DNA from: Dipteris shenzhenensis | Lineage: Eukaryota | Length of the DNA: 64,000 nt | Strand: one strand, 5' to 3' | Assembly (NCBI GenBank): GCA_047967505.1 | Contig: CM106538.1 | In this document: positions 20,265 through 33,013 of the stretch, one piece after another | How positions within the stretch are numbered: the stretch's first letter is position 1 | Layout of the letters: every line of letters starts with the position of its first letter | Made by a program: the position numbers and the translations under genes | The notes under the pieces: model-generated | Databases searched by the model: none | The model's input: the letters and a program-made list of their open reading frames with translations, nothing else | Told to the model about the DNA's origin: nothing

Positions 20265-23200
20265 TGTTACGCTCTAGCCGAGGTAGCATGACTTCGGAAG
20301 AATCAGTCGACATTTCCCTTAAAGGATCTATCTCTGTAATATATGTGTTTGCGCTTCATGTAAATGATTGGGAGGGATTTTATGTCAAGGTCCTAGGTGA
20401 GGGCTGATAGCAGGTAGATCTAAGGCCAAGGGCCTAGTGCAAAGATTGTGCCTTGGGGCAAGGAATTTAATGCATCCCAAGAGAGGGGTGAAATGTTGCA
20501 TTAGGAAGGCCCTATATGGATGACATGTGGCATCTAGATCTATCTAGGGAATTGGGGCTTGCTGAGGCTAGTGAGAGAAGAGAAGAAGATGATTCACATA
20601 GAATTTTGAATGTAGATCTCTGTCAGCTTATTAGCTTCAGCGAGATTTGGCTGGGTGGAGATTCGTGGTGCTGCTCCCGTGATCTGCAGTAGAATCTAGA
20701 AGAGGAAGTGTTTGAAAATTGGTATCAGAGCCTGTGGAGGGATCAAGGATAGGTGACGAAGGAAGATTCGGAGCACAGAGGTGACGTTATCACCTGTTCG
20801 TGACGTGCGAGGGACGTGTGGATCGTTGGCGGTGACAAAGGTTGTTCGTGACGGGACCAGGTGGACGGGCTTCTTTGATTGATGTTTTGCTACGACGGTT
20901 GGCGTAGGCGACGCACTGATCGCAACGAGCCTCCGCAACGAAGGGTTGACGCGGTCCGTGTTGGATGGCGCTCCCGTAAGGTGGTTTGACGATTAGTATA
21001 GCAGAGGGTGTTGACTGTTCGTGGCTGGAGTTGGGGGTCCCGTAAGGCAGCGATGACAGCGGGGAAATCAACCTTACGTGACGGACAGACTGCAACGTTG
21101 CAGCAGACGGTAGCGTGGAGCGCATGATAGGCGAGAGACGCCGATTGATCCTTCGTGTGATCGATAGATAGGCCTGGAGCGGTGCCGGAGCGGATAGCAG
21201 TAATTTGGGAGCAAGGAGATCATTTGGCATGTAAGATGTGACTTGGAACGCAGGGGTGGCGCCAAACAGGCTGGCTGACCTGTGGTTTGCTGAATTGGCG
21301 TACATGTGCTCTGAGGTCTCCAGCTCCGAGCATCCTGCTAGTATCCAGTGACAGTCGGAGACGACGATTGGGTGCAGAGGCGCAGGACTTGACCAGGGAG
21401 CTTTCTTTGATCTCCCTTAGCTTTGTGTTGTTTTTTTTTCGTTTTGATTTAGTCGGGCGATGCTTTGCTTTCATAGACGGATCTTGAGGGTAATCAGCCT
21501 GCATGAGGCTTTAATGTTGTAGCAGGGACAGATTATGCCTGTGCATATGCCTGTGTGCTTCAGTCGGAGTCAGATTGCAGAAATTTCCCTAGTATAGGGA
21601 AAAGCGCCATCTGTGGTATATGCCTGTATTAAATGCTTAAACAGTGTGAATGTGGGATTGCAGGAATTCCCTAGCATAGGGAATTGTGTCAGACTCTGTT
21701 AGTACACTGAATTGTATCAGCTTGTAAATACAGTTCGCAAGTGGTGGTTTTATATATATATATTAAAAAAAACCCCAAATCAAAGCAAAACAAACCACCC
21801 ATAGAACGGAATGGAGGCAGAAGAAGGGGCTTCCAGGAGGGACCCTAGTGAATCAGGAGTCCGGCCGACCCAGCAGGGATCGTGCCCAGTAGCTCACACT
21901 TTATCTAGCAGGATTGCATTGATGGAGGATGCCTTGCAAGAGTTGCTAGCGCAGCAATTACAGGCCAATGCAGGGCAATCCGAACTTAGGAGAGCGATAC
22001 AGAGTATGTCTGCCAGACCTTCTCGAGAAGAGAAGGGAAAGGCTCCAATGGAACTGGAGTCTAGTGTTCATACGGTCGAGCCTAGGAAGGCTAAAGTGCC
22101 AAATATTGCCAATTACAGACCGGAAAAGTATTCTGGTCGGATGAACGACCGTAGCTCCGATGTCATTGAGACCTAGTTACACAAATGGGACGAGGCGTTC
22201 GCCATTTGTGAAATTAGAAATGACATCAAAAAGATCCGCGAGGCCACCCACATGTTTAGTGAGGCAGCGGATCGGTGGTGGATTAAACAACAAAAAGATG
22301 GCATAGCATCCACTACCTGGGAGGGGTTTAAAAGAGAGTTTAGGAAACACTTCTTACCTCCTGACGAAGCATCCCGAGCTTGGGATCAATATAGGAACCT
22401 TCGTCAGAGAAATTTATCAGTGGCGGAATACACTGATAAGTTTCGAGAGAGTGTAATGAAGGTTGACGAACCCCTGCCTCAATCAATCCAAGTGAAAGAT
22501 TTCATATTTGGATTGAATGATCGAATAAAAATGGAAGTTCGGGCTAAGTACGCGAACACGCTAGATGATGTAATAGCTATAGCCCTGAACTACGAGGATG
22601 CCAAGGGCAGCAAGCCAAGTGGGTTTGCACAGGTCGGAACCCAGTATGGGTATCCGAAGAAATCTGGGTTTAAGAAGAAGTGGGCTAGTAGAGGGAGTGG
22701 TTCGCAGCCGAGTGGTCAAGCCAAGCAGGCGAGACCGGCTGAAACTCCTAAACCAAGTACCACCATTGGAGTGAAAAGGAAAGTAACCCCAATGGCAGCC
22801 CGGGCTTGGTCTAAGTCTCCCTTGAACCCAGAACAAAGGGAAAAAGCGAGGAGAGAAGGCTTATGTTTTGGTTGCCTTCAGCCTCATCAGTGGAAGGATT
22901 GTCCATGTAACAAAGATCGTCGGATGGCTGAGATGGTGATCTCAGAGTGCGACGTGGAGATGGAGGGAAGTCCCAGAGCGGAAGAGATGCAGATTCAGCT
23001 AGCGGGATCTTCTCAGAGGTTAGTACCTTGTTTGTTATGTGTGTCCGTTGCTAAGCTAGTGACGAGTGCACTTGATAACATCCTATCTAAGCCCGCAGCA
23101 ACGGGGTATACAGCCTTTAATGATACGGAGTTAATTAAAATGAAAGGGCAAGTGGCCAATCATGATGTCATTGTGTTGTTTGACTCGGCGTCAACTCACA

Positions 23201-26200
23201 ATGTGATTAACTCCAAGCTCGTGAAGAGGCTGAAATTGAAGACAAGTCCATCTGACTATGCGTATACAGTCAGGATGGCAGACGGAAGTTCAACTGAAGT
23301 ATGGGACCAAAGGGTTACCCAGTTGGAGCTTCGTATTCAGGACTATGCTGAGAAGCTTGATTTTGAAATGACCAAGCTTGCTCATGTAGATATAGCCCTG
23401 GGTATGGCGTGGCATTCTAGGAAGAATCCAGCCATTGATTGGGAAAAGCACGTATATCAATTCAAGATGAATGATGTGCTTTATGTCTTGCGAGGTGAGA
23501 AAGATATACCTCAGGGACCGTTGGTTTCCGTGATGGAAATCCGAAAAGCTCAAGTAGAGTTTTTATTCCTATGCATAGCATCGGTAGAGCCGGTTGATGA
23601 TTCTTCGGCTAGCACTAATGTTGCGCAAAGTGGTGAGATGGCCAAGCTGGCTAATCTTATAACAGAGGAGTTCTCTGAATATTTTAGGGATGAACTACCT
23701 TATGGGTTACCTGTAGAGCGGAAAGTTCAACATAAGATTGAACTGATCCCGGGGGCAGAACCTGTAAATAAACCTCCCTATAGAATGAGTTTTACTGAAG
23801 AGACGGAGGTGCGTAGACAACTGGAAGAATACCTCAAGTTGGGGCAGATTCAACCAAGTTTCTCACCTTTTGCTTCGCCAGTGATATTAAAGAAGAAAAA
23901 GGATGATACGTTTCGCCTCTGTATAGATTACAGAGCATTGAATAATATCACTGTTAAGCACAGGTATCCGATGGCTCGGATTGATGATTTGCTAGATGCA
24001 TTACATGGAGCCGTGATTTTTAGCAAGATAGATCTTAAGTGTGGCTACCATTAAATCCGGATTAGAGCCGAGGATGTGCATAAAACCGCTTTTAGGAGCA
24101 GGTTTGGTCACTATGAGTTTTTGGTAATGCCCTTCGGACTTACCAATGCTCCAGCGACCTTCGTCATGCTTATGAACGATTTACTACGTCCGTATATCGG
24201 AAAGTTCGCAGTACATTTTATTGACGATATCCTGATATTCAGTAAAAGTATTACTGAGCATCGTGAACACTTAAGAGTAGTGTTCAGTACTTTGAGGAAA
24301 GCCAGTCTTTATGTAAATAAAAAGAAAACTATACTGTGTATGGTTAGGCTTGAATATTTAGGATTCATAATTACTCCAGATGGGGTAGAAATGAATCCGA
24401 AGAAAGTGGCTGCGATAATGACTTGGCCAATCCCGCAGAGTCTGACCGCGTTGCGATCATTCTTGGGATTTGTCCAGTTTTATAGAAGGCATATCAAAGG
24501 ATATTCCGGAATAGTATCGCCATTGACTGATCTGACCTCCGATAAAGTACCTTTTATTTAGGGACAGAATCAACAAGAAAGTTTTAACACCATAAAGCAA
24601 GCTGTGGTCACAGGACCGGTGTTAAAATTAGTTGATCCCCAGAAACCGTTGTTCCTAGAAACCGATGCAAGTGGCATTGCGATAGGAGCAGTCCTCCTGC
24701 AAGAGGGAAGGCCAGTAGCCTTTGAAAGCAAGAAGCTTTCTCCCTCTCATAGGAATCGGCCAACTCATGAATTGGAGTTGTATGCTGTTATTCATGCTTT
24801 GAAAACATGGAGGCATTATTTGTATGGTTCATAGTTTTATGTGGATGTAGATCATGATACTCTGAAACATTTTTGTAAACAGCCTGAGGGGCCGCCAAGC
24901 TAGGTGGGCAGAGCTCATGCAGGAGTTTAATCTAACGATTCGGTACCGAAGAGGAAAAGACAATAAGGTTGCTGATGCGTTGTCTCGCATTATGCACAAC
25001 CTGAGTTTCACGGTATTAGAGAGTGCTCTAATGACCGAGATAAGAGAAACTCAAAAAGTGGACGAGTTTGTCCAGAGCTTGTGGCCTAAAGCTCATGTGT
25101 TAAACCCCGGGGAAAATGAAAAGGATGACCTGGCATCCAGAAAAGACCAAACTTACGCAAGATATTATATAAGGGATGGTATCTTAGTTAGAAATGGCAA
25201 GGTTGTAGTACCTGGTCAGAATTTCTCAGGCAGAGAGTCATTCGACAGTGCCATGATAGCTCGTGTGCGGGACATCCAGGTGTCGAGAAGACATATGATC
25301 TCGTGAAACGAGATTTCTTTTGGCCAAAGATGAAAAAGCATATTCATGAATATGTGACACGGTGTTTCTCGTGTCAGGTAAGTAAGGCCAAGCGGGTGAA
25401 GCCACCCGGACTTTTATAGCCCTTGGAAGTACCACTAAGTAAGTGGGGGAGCATTTCCATGGACTTTATTGTAGGGCTGCCTACAACACAAGGAGGGTAT
25501 GATTCTATCCTTGTGGTGGTTGATCGTCTAACCAAGATGGCTCACTTTATTCCGACTAGGGAGTTTGTTAGTGCCCCGCAAGTGGCGGATTTGTTCATTA
25601 GACATATATTTCGTCTGCATGGATTGCCTAAATCCATAGTGTCAGACAGAGATGTCAGATTTACCGGTCATTTTTGGACGGCGGTATTTGAGACACTAAG
25701 GACTGAGTTGGGAATGAGTAGTGGGGATCATGCTGAGACGGATGGTCAGACGGAGAGAGTCAACCAGACTTTAGAGGATATGCTGAGGGCATATGTGTCA
25801 TTGAGGCAACATACGTGGGACAAGTGGTTGCCATTGTTGGAGTTTGCCTACAATGATAGAAAACATTCATCTACAGGGTTCAGTCCGTTTGAACTGAACT
25901 ATGGTTATAGACCAGCCAATCCAACTATAGTTGGAGTACCTCAGAAAGTGCCTAGTGCCGCGAAATTTGTAGTTCAGATGCGGGAGATGCTAGCACTTGC
26001 GAGAGCTAATATCCGCCAGGCTATGGATGGAGCCAAGGTGTATGCGGATGAAATCGGTCTATAAGAGTATTTAAGGAAGGAGAAAAAGTTTTTCTTAGAG
26101 TTCCTTCGCACTCAAAGTCGTTGACTTCAGGAGAGTGTGCTAAGTTATCACCTCGATACTGTGGACCGTGGTTAATTCTAAAGAGAATAGGCAGTGTAGC

Positions 26201-26980
26201 CTATAAATTGGAATTGCCACAGGGGTGTAATGTGCACCCGGTTTTTCATGTTTCGCACTTAAAGAAATTTTTGCATACAGGTGACTCACTAATTGAAGGT
26301 GTGGTTTTGTTTCAGGAGATAGAGGATATTGCAAGGCGCAAACCAACAAGAATCCTAGACCGAGGAACAATGCAAATACGAAATCGGAAGATACCCACGG
26401 TGTTGGTTGCATGGCATGGTCAGCCTCTATCCGAAGCTACCTGGGAATCCGTATATCAGTTGCGGAGAGTGCTCCCAGATTTTATCATCGAGGACGCTGA
26501 TGTCTGAAGAGGGAAGGAATGTTACGCTCTAGCCGAGGTAGCATGACCTCGGAAGAATCAGTCGACATTTCCCTTAAAGGATCTATCTCTGTAATATATG
26601 TGTTTGCGCTTCATGTAAATGATCGGGAGGGATTTTATGTCAAGGTCCTAGGTGAGGGCTGATAGCACCAGACTAGGTAGATCTAAGGCCAAGGGCCTAG
26701 TGCAAAGATTGTGCCTTGGGGCAAGGAATTTAATGCATCCCAAGAGAGGGGTGAAATGTTGCATTAGGAAGGCCCTATATGGATGACATGTGGCATCTAG
26801 ATCTATCTAGGGAATTGGGGCTTGTTGAGACTAGTGAGAGAAGAGAAGAAGATGATTCACATAGAATTTTGAATGTAGATCTCTGTCAGCTTATTAGCTT
26901 CAGCGAGATTTGGCTGGGTGGAGATTCGTGGTGCTGCTCCCGTGATCTGGAGTAGAATCTAGAAGAGGAAGTGTTTGACA
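20265..26980 (+). mobile_element. Ty3/gypsy chromovirus, full-length, defective
   Basis: LTRs 20265-20717 and 26520-26980 (6 substitutions plus an 8-bp indel), TSD GCGGG, PBS TGGTATCAGAGC 20720-20731, PPT GAAGAGGGAAGGAA 26506-26519. Confidence 0.96.
21811..26507 (+). pseudogene. gypsy gag-PR-RT-RH-IN-chromodomain polyprotein with stops and frameshifts
   Basis: [77 protein letters not shown]. Confidence 0.93.
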
Positions 26981-27190
26981 GCGGGGGGGGGGAGAGGGAG
27001 GGCGGGGAGGAGGAAGGGGAGAGGGAGGGAGAGGGGGCTGGCGAGAGGGGAGGGAGAGGAGCAGCAGCGAAGGGGGGAGAGGGGGGGCAGCAAGGGAGAG
27101 GGGGCTGGCTGAGAGAGGGAAAGGGGGGGGCAGTAGCTCACTGGGAGGAGCAGCAGCTCATCTTTAGGTAGGTGCTCTATTGAGCACAAG

Positions 27191-27797
27191 GCTGCCAAGA
27201 ATTCTGAAAATTCACGGGACATATACTCACCCCCCCTGTCAATGCTGAGGGTCAAGATCTTGTTTTCACTTTCGTTTTCAGCCATGGCAAGGAAGTTCTT
27301 GAAACAAGAGTAGATATTAGACGTAAGACTTCAGAGGATAAATCCAAGTATGTATGGTGAAGTTATCCACAAAGGTGACAAAGTATAAATGGCCTCCAAG
27401 TGATGCTGTCCGCATCGGCCTACATACATTAGAGCGCACGAGATGCAACTTCCTGGATGCATGAACAGCCCCATCTTTTGGAAATGAGAACCAATGCATT
27501 TTCCCCAACAAGTAACCCTCACAGACATGATTTGTAAGTGCATACGTGGGTGGGAGGTCTACCACCATGTCCTTGGAACACATTTTCTCCAAACTGCCAT
27601 AATTGAGATGTCCTAATCTCTCATGTCATAAATGTGTGAAATGATAGATTCAGCGGCTGCATTTGCTTGTGTAACAACCTGTTTGTCATATGCATCAAGG
27701 TGGTACAATCCTTTGGAAAGTGTGCCAATACTACGATACAATGGTCATGCTGGTTGTCATACAAAGCACAGCAAAAACCATAAAAAATTACCCGAAA

Positions 27798-27847
<50 letters not shown>

Positions 27848-30300
27848 AAGACTAGAATAAGTCCAATCATACAAATTTAGATTTTTTTGTTGTTCTAAAG
27901 ATCAAAAATCTACACAGAAAATAAAAGAGAAAATGAAAGAGAAGAAAAAAGAGGTAAACAAAAACTTTTATTAAAAACAAAAGGAAGACATACTTAGCAA
28001 GCAAAGCAACACTTATGTCATATGCATCAAGGTGGTACAATCCTTTGGAAAGTGTGCCAATACTATGATACAATGGTCATGCCGGTTGTCATACAAAGCA
28101 CAGCGACAACCATAAAAAATTACCCAAAAGCAGTTTGTGGAGATGGTTGAGATAGAAATCAGGTTCTTTTTTATACTAAAACATATAACACTTCCAATAG
28201 AGACATTGACACAAAAGTGACTTCAACCTGTTGAATCCCTTTCAACCTGCTGAAGTGATTTGCACTAGTGACAATGCCCCGTGGAGCATCACTCAAGGAC
28301 TGAAATAGAGATCTGCAAGAGGTAATATGCTTAGAAGTGCCACTGTCAAAATACTAGGCTGCTTGAGAATCTGAAATCGACAAAGCTGAAGCATGCTTCT
28401 CGAGATGGGGGTGACAGGTCACAACAAATGCCTACTCATCATGAGCCATGTTTGCTGCCTCACGAGTGTAATCATGGGCAGCAGGAGCAGTTGTAACTGC
28501 ACGACCTTGTTGCTGTTTTTTCTTTTCTGAAGCAATGCACTTCCGACATTTAGAGATGTCATGGCTGGGCTTCCTGCTTTATTACAGCCCTTGGATTTCT
28601 GCTTCCCATTAGCCAGGAGAGAAGAAGATAAGGTACTGGAAGGCTTGGGCTTGCTGAGTTCTTTCCCCCCTCTGTGATCTGCGGCAAAGGTTTGGTTTGC
28701 GTTGATCAAGCAGTCTTATTAGAGCAGCTTTGATCCTGCTGTAGGAGCAAGGAAACAAGATAATCGAAGGAGTAGTGGTTGGTGGTTAGTAACCTCAATG
28801 TTGTAGCAAAACCTGGTAAGAATCAAGGAGTCTGTTCAGTACCGTGGACAGAAGTTGTGAATCTGGTATGATCTCATCAACATTCATGAGTTGCTCTCTG
28901 ATCCATGTGAGATAAACATCCATGTTGTCACCTTTGTTCATCTTCACGCCATCAGTTGCTTGCGCAAATAGGCAACCCTAGCCTCATTCTAAATCTGATA
29001 TAGGTTAGTCAAACTGTTCGATGCATCCTTGGCTTGCAAGATCGAATGCGAGATATAACAACCCTCTTGTTAGACTAGCAATCATGGCATGTGTGTGCAT
29101 CTATTTGATCCCAACATAGGAGACACTGTAACAGCAGTGGTAGATGAACCAAAAGGGGCAGTATCAACGGTAGCACCACCTGTAGTGGTTGCAGTGTCAA
29201 CAGGTACCTATGCCAGAGAGATAGGTCTAGTCCCTGATCCAGATAAAATATCCCAGAAATTCTTGGATGTCAAGAGGTGCACCAAGTACAACCACATGGG
29301 ATAGTTGGTACCATGAAGCTTATCTTCAGCGGAAATCATTCCAACAAGTCATTGTTGGCCATTGCAAATAAAAACCCCCAGAAAAGAAAGTGCCCTGCAA
29401 ATGTCAAAGTCTTAAGGCTATCACAGCAATGAGCTTGCTGCCAAAAAGCTGGCTGCAAATTTGCAAATGTGAAGCCAAAAATGACAGCAAAGTGCCTACA
29501 AATGTGAATGCCAAATGGGCTGCTCAGACATTGAGAAAAATGCAATAAGCTGTCCTGCAAAATCTACTTGCAATTCTGCAAAAGGCTACGCAAACTATGT
29601 CTCATATGTATGAAATCTGCTCCAAGGTATTTGAAACTGAAGACTCCAATGAGCAAGAGCTAATGCAAGTCAGCAGCAGCAAAGCCCCCAATTTCTTGCA
29701 AGCTAAATGTTGGAAATTGAAGGACAAGGCCTTACAAGTAATCTGAGAGCAAAAGACAGTAATTTTGGCAAAAGCCTCAAGTGTGCCAAAAGAGAGCAAA
29801 TTTAGGCAATGTCACTAAAAATTGAAACTAATTTGACCTAAAACCAAACCAATTGCTGGAAGCTGGCTTGACTGCCTGCAAACCAGTTTTGGCAAATTGT
29901 AGAAGCTAGTGATCTACAAAAAATCGGTACAAGCTGTATGGACAGCAGAGACTGAAGTCAGCGATCTGCAAAAAATCAAAACAAGCTGTACGGATAGCAG
30001 AGATTGAAGCGGGTTTGTCAGAAAATGGTGCGGATGATTGTCGTGATGCTCACAGTGCTTCTGTACGGTTGTATAGACAGATCTTGGGTCGGCAAACTAT
30101 AGAAGCTAGTGATCTGCAAAAAATCGGCACAAGTTGTATAGACAGTAGAGACTGAACCTGGTTTGTCAGAAAATGGCATGGATGAAGGTTGCGATTGGCA
30201 TTGATTCCGTATGGCTGTATAGACAGATCTGGGCCTCGTTGAAAAGATGCAAAGAGCTGCTGTGCCTGTACCAAAACACATGGAATGAAGGTGGTTACAG
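27191..30300 (-). mobile_element. Old degenerate Ty1/copia 'D' (leader-gag-PR-IN N-terminus), related to copia A
   Basis: EDKLHGTNYPMW at ~29330-29290, ERLGHLNY, YFVTFVD, SIDRGGEYMSREF breaking off at ~27190; LTR not resolved. Confidence 0.8.
27684..28132. repeat. 117-bp direct repeat flanking a 215-bp AT-rich/(TA)n insert
   Basis: 27684-27800 matches 28016-28132 with a few substitutions. Confidence 0.88.
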
Positions 30301-30879
30301 TTGTGGTTGGTCGCTGAGGTCTTCCTTAGCAAATGGTGACCCAAAGATTGGCGTAGGAAGTTGCAATGTCAGTTGTTGCAGATGGCGTGAAAGTGTTGGG
30401 GAAGGTTGCACAGGTCACGGGACAATCTAGAGTAGGTTGCGTTGCAGGCGTGGAGCTGAAATGGTCGCAGGATGGCAGTTTGTTTGTGTCCGAGCTTGTC
30501 TTCAAGACGCTATTAGCAAAACTCTCAACCCTATAATGCTTGAAGATACAAACAAAAGCCACTCCCACCCTTAATCACGCATGGGGTGGCTCCCATCTTC
30601 ACCCTTAGCGGTACCTCCTTGAGAGGAGTGAGTTGGGCTGAAGTTGGAGCATGGGAGGAGGCATGTAGGGAAGTTGGAATGCAAAGAGGAGACATCAAGT
30701 TGAAGGAACTGAAGTGTACTTGCAAATGGATAATGAGAGTACAAGAGATCACCAATATAAGGTCCAAAGTCAACTTAGGATTAAATGTCCTAAGTGTACT
30801 CCTAACTAGTCTACAAGGATATACTAGGGCTAAGTGTCAACAGCTACTGGATACCTTGAAGGATAGTAAACAAGCTAGA

Positions 30880-32050
30880 GCAGCTTCTCGTCACATGCAA
30901 GGAGACTTATTGGAGGTTTCTTTGATTGCTACAGCTTGCAATGAGGAACCACTGTGTCACAAATTTGCCTTTGATGTATGCAATCAGACTTGGATTCAAT
31001 TCATTATAATGACACTTGGGAGTTGTGTGATTTGTCAAAAGGTAGCGTGCTATAGGCACCAAGTGGATCTATAAACTCAAAAGAAAAGCTGATGGTAGTG
31101 TTGATCACTACAAAGCCTTGTTGCAAAAGGTTATGCTCAATAGCAAGGCATTGATTTTGAGGACACATTTGCACCTACTTCCCGCATTACTATTAGGTGT
31201 GTCATTGCTCTTATCATTGGCAAGGGCATCAAGTAGACTTCAGACCACATTTCTTCATGGAGAATTGCATGAGGAGGTGTATGTCACTCAGCTCCCTGGT
31301 TTTGAGCTTAAAAGATCTGAATATAAGGTATGCCGCTTACATACAACACTTTCAAGCCATACAACACTTTCTGGCTTGAAGCAAGCACTCTTGGCTTGGA
31401 TTGCCAAGATACATGTTCATCTCCTCAGCCTTGGTTTTCAGAACATCCCAATAGAGAGTACACTTTATTCCGAAAGTGTGATCTAAATTTGCAGATTTTA
31501 ATACTCTATGTTGATGAGATGCTCTTGACTGGACCATCTACTCAACATATTGCAACTTTTAAGGCTGATTTGCAGAAAATTATTTGAAATGAGAAATTTT
31601 TGGCTAGCTTTATTATTCAGATAGCTCATGTGGAGGGCGGCAGTATGATGAGTGAGTCCAAGTACATTGGATACCTCTTGCACCATTTTCAGTTTGAGGA
31701 TTGCAAGCCAATTTCCACTCCTTAGGAATCTGGTTTCCGCTTCTTTTTGGTCAATGCAAGTGAGCCTTTTGATTTTACTCTTTATCAGCAGGTTGTTGGA
31801 TGCTTGATCTATTAATGTCACAAATGGCATGATCTTCGGTATGTTCTCTCAATTGAGCAGATTCGTTAAAAAGCATTGGTAGGTAGTGAAATGTGTCTTT
31901 TGATAGCTAAAAGGTACTCAAACCTTGGGACTTTACAGGCATGGTTCTCCACTTATCTTACTTGGGACGTTACAGGCATGGTTCTCCACTTATCTTAGAT
32001 GCTTTTACCGATAATGATTGGGCAGGATGTTATAGCACTGGAGTGTCATA
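30880..32050 (+). pseudogene. Decayed copia RT and start of RNase H
   Basis: GTKWIYKLK, GIDFEDTFAP, FLHGELHEEVY, ILYVDEMLL, DNDWAG. Confidence 0.8.
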
Positions 32051-32089
32051 TAGTGGGAAGTGTCTTGTAATGCTTTAATGAAGGTATCT

Positions 32090-32460
32090 CCCAACTTGTC
32101 GTGTCAGAATATAAGACAAATGAATATCTCTTGTTGACAATCTTTCTTTGACAAAATGATAATGAACCTCAATGTGCTCAATCCAAGCATGAAACACTAG
32201 ATTTTGTGCGATTGCCAAAGCACTCTGACTGTCACTGTAGATAGTGGTAGAAGACGTCTAACCAACATCAAGATCTGCAAGTAGTTTCCGGAGCAAGATA
32301 CATTCCACAATAACTATGAAGGCTGCCTTGTACTCAGCTTCACGAAGTAGCAATTGTAGGCTGGTTTTTGCTGAACCATGAGATACATGAAGTGCCAAGC
32401 ATACTACGACCCAAGTATGAAGCTTTTTAAAACCAGACTGATGGTGAAAGACAGCTATCA
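32090..32460 (-). pseudogene. Decayed copia RNase H fragment
   Basis: EAEYKAA..LRKLLADL, YSDSQSALAIAQN.VFH, HIEVHYHFVKE. Confidence 0.75.
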
Positions 32461-33013
32461 CCACTCTTTCTACGACGGGATTTATGCTCTCAAAAGCTCT
32501 CCCTCACTCCCTCTCTCTCTAGATGCACTAGGGCCCAGGACAAATCGTCGGGCTGGACCCCCCCGAAGGTCTTTATTCATTCAAGAAAAACTGTGACAGA
32601 AGTTCAACGTAGAGTTCTCTCCTAGATCTCCATTACAAAACGTGAAAAATCCACTTTTCTTTACAAGAGCTTCAAGCTCCATTCAAATTGGCAACATGCC
32701 ACTTGTCTAAAATCTAGATTAAATCCTATTACATGCCACTAAGGGCCATTCTGGAGTCTTCAAAGCTCTCGGTCACACGAACCGCCTCCTAGATGCTTGT
32801 CAGGCTCCCGTAGCGCTTAGGAAAAGTAATCCTTCCTAGTACCTGCAACAATTAATTAAAGCGCACCACCATGGTACCCATTAATTGTTAGCACTTTGCA
32901 TGCAAATAACACACTGTGGACTAATCCTAGTCACGGTGGGCGTCCCCACTGAACACATGTGCACATCTAAACAAATATATATATACAAATAAATATATAT
33001 ATATTTTCTCTGG

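Larger units (their letters stand above)
2904..27190 (-). mobile_element. Near full-length L1-type LINE (~6.4-7 kb net) fragmented by three internal LTR insertions and cut at 2904 by copia A
   Basis: Segments 2904-3172, 7495-9560, 15770-20264 and 26986-~27190 rejoin across TSDs. ORF2 reads IHDTQ|TGFVHGR across E2 and CPRC..ETIQHC|LWDC across E1. Confidence 0.9.

Noticed and set aside
19696-20313. 205-aa proline-rich ORF resembling an extensin or FH1 domain
   Set aside because: Translation of the C-rich strand of a low-complexity tract; it begins inside the gypsy LTR.
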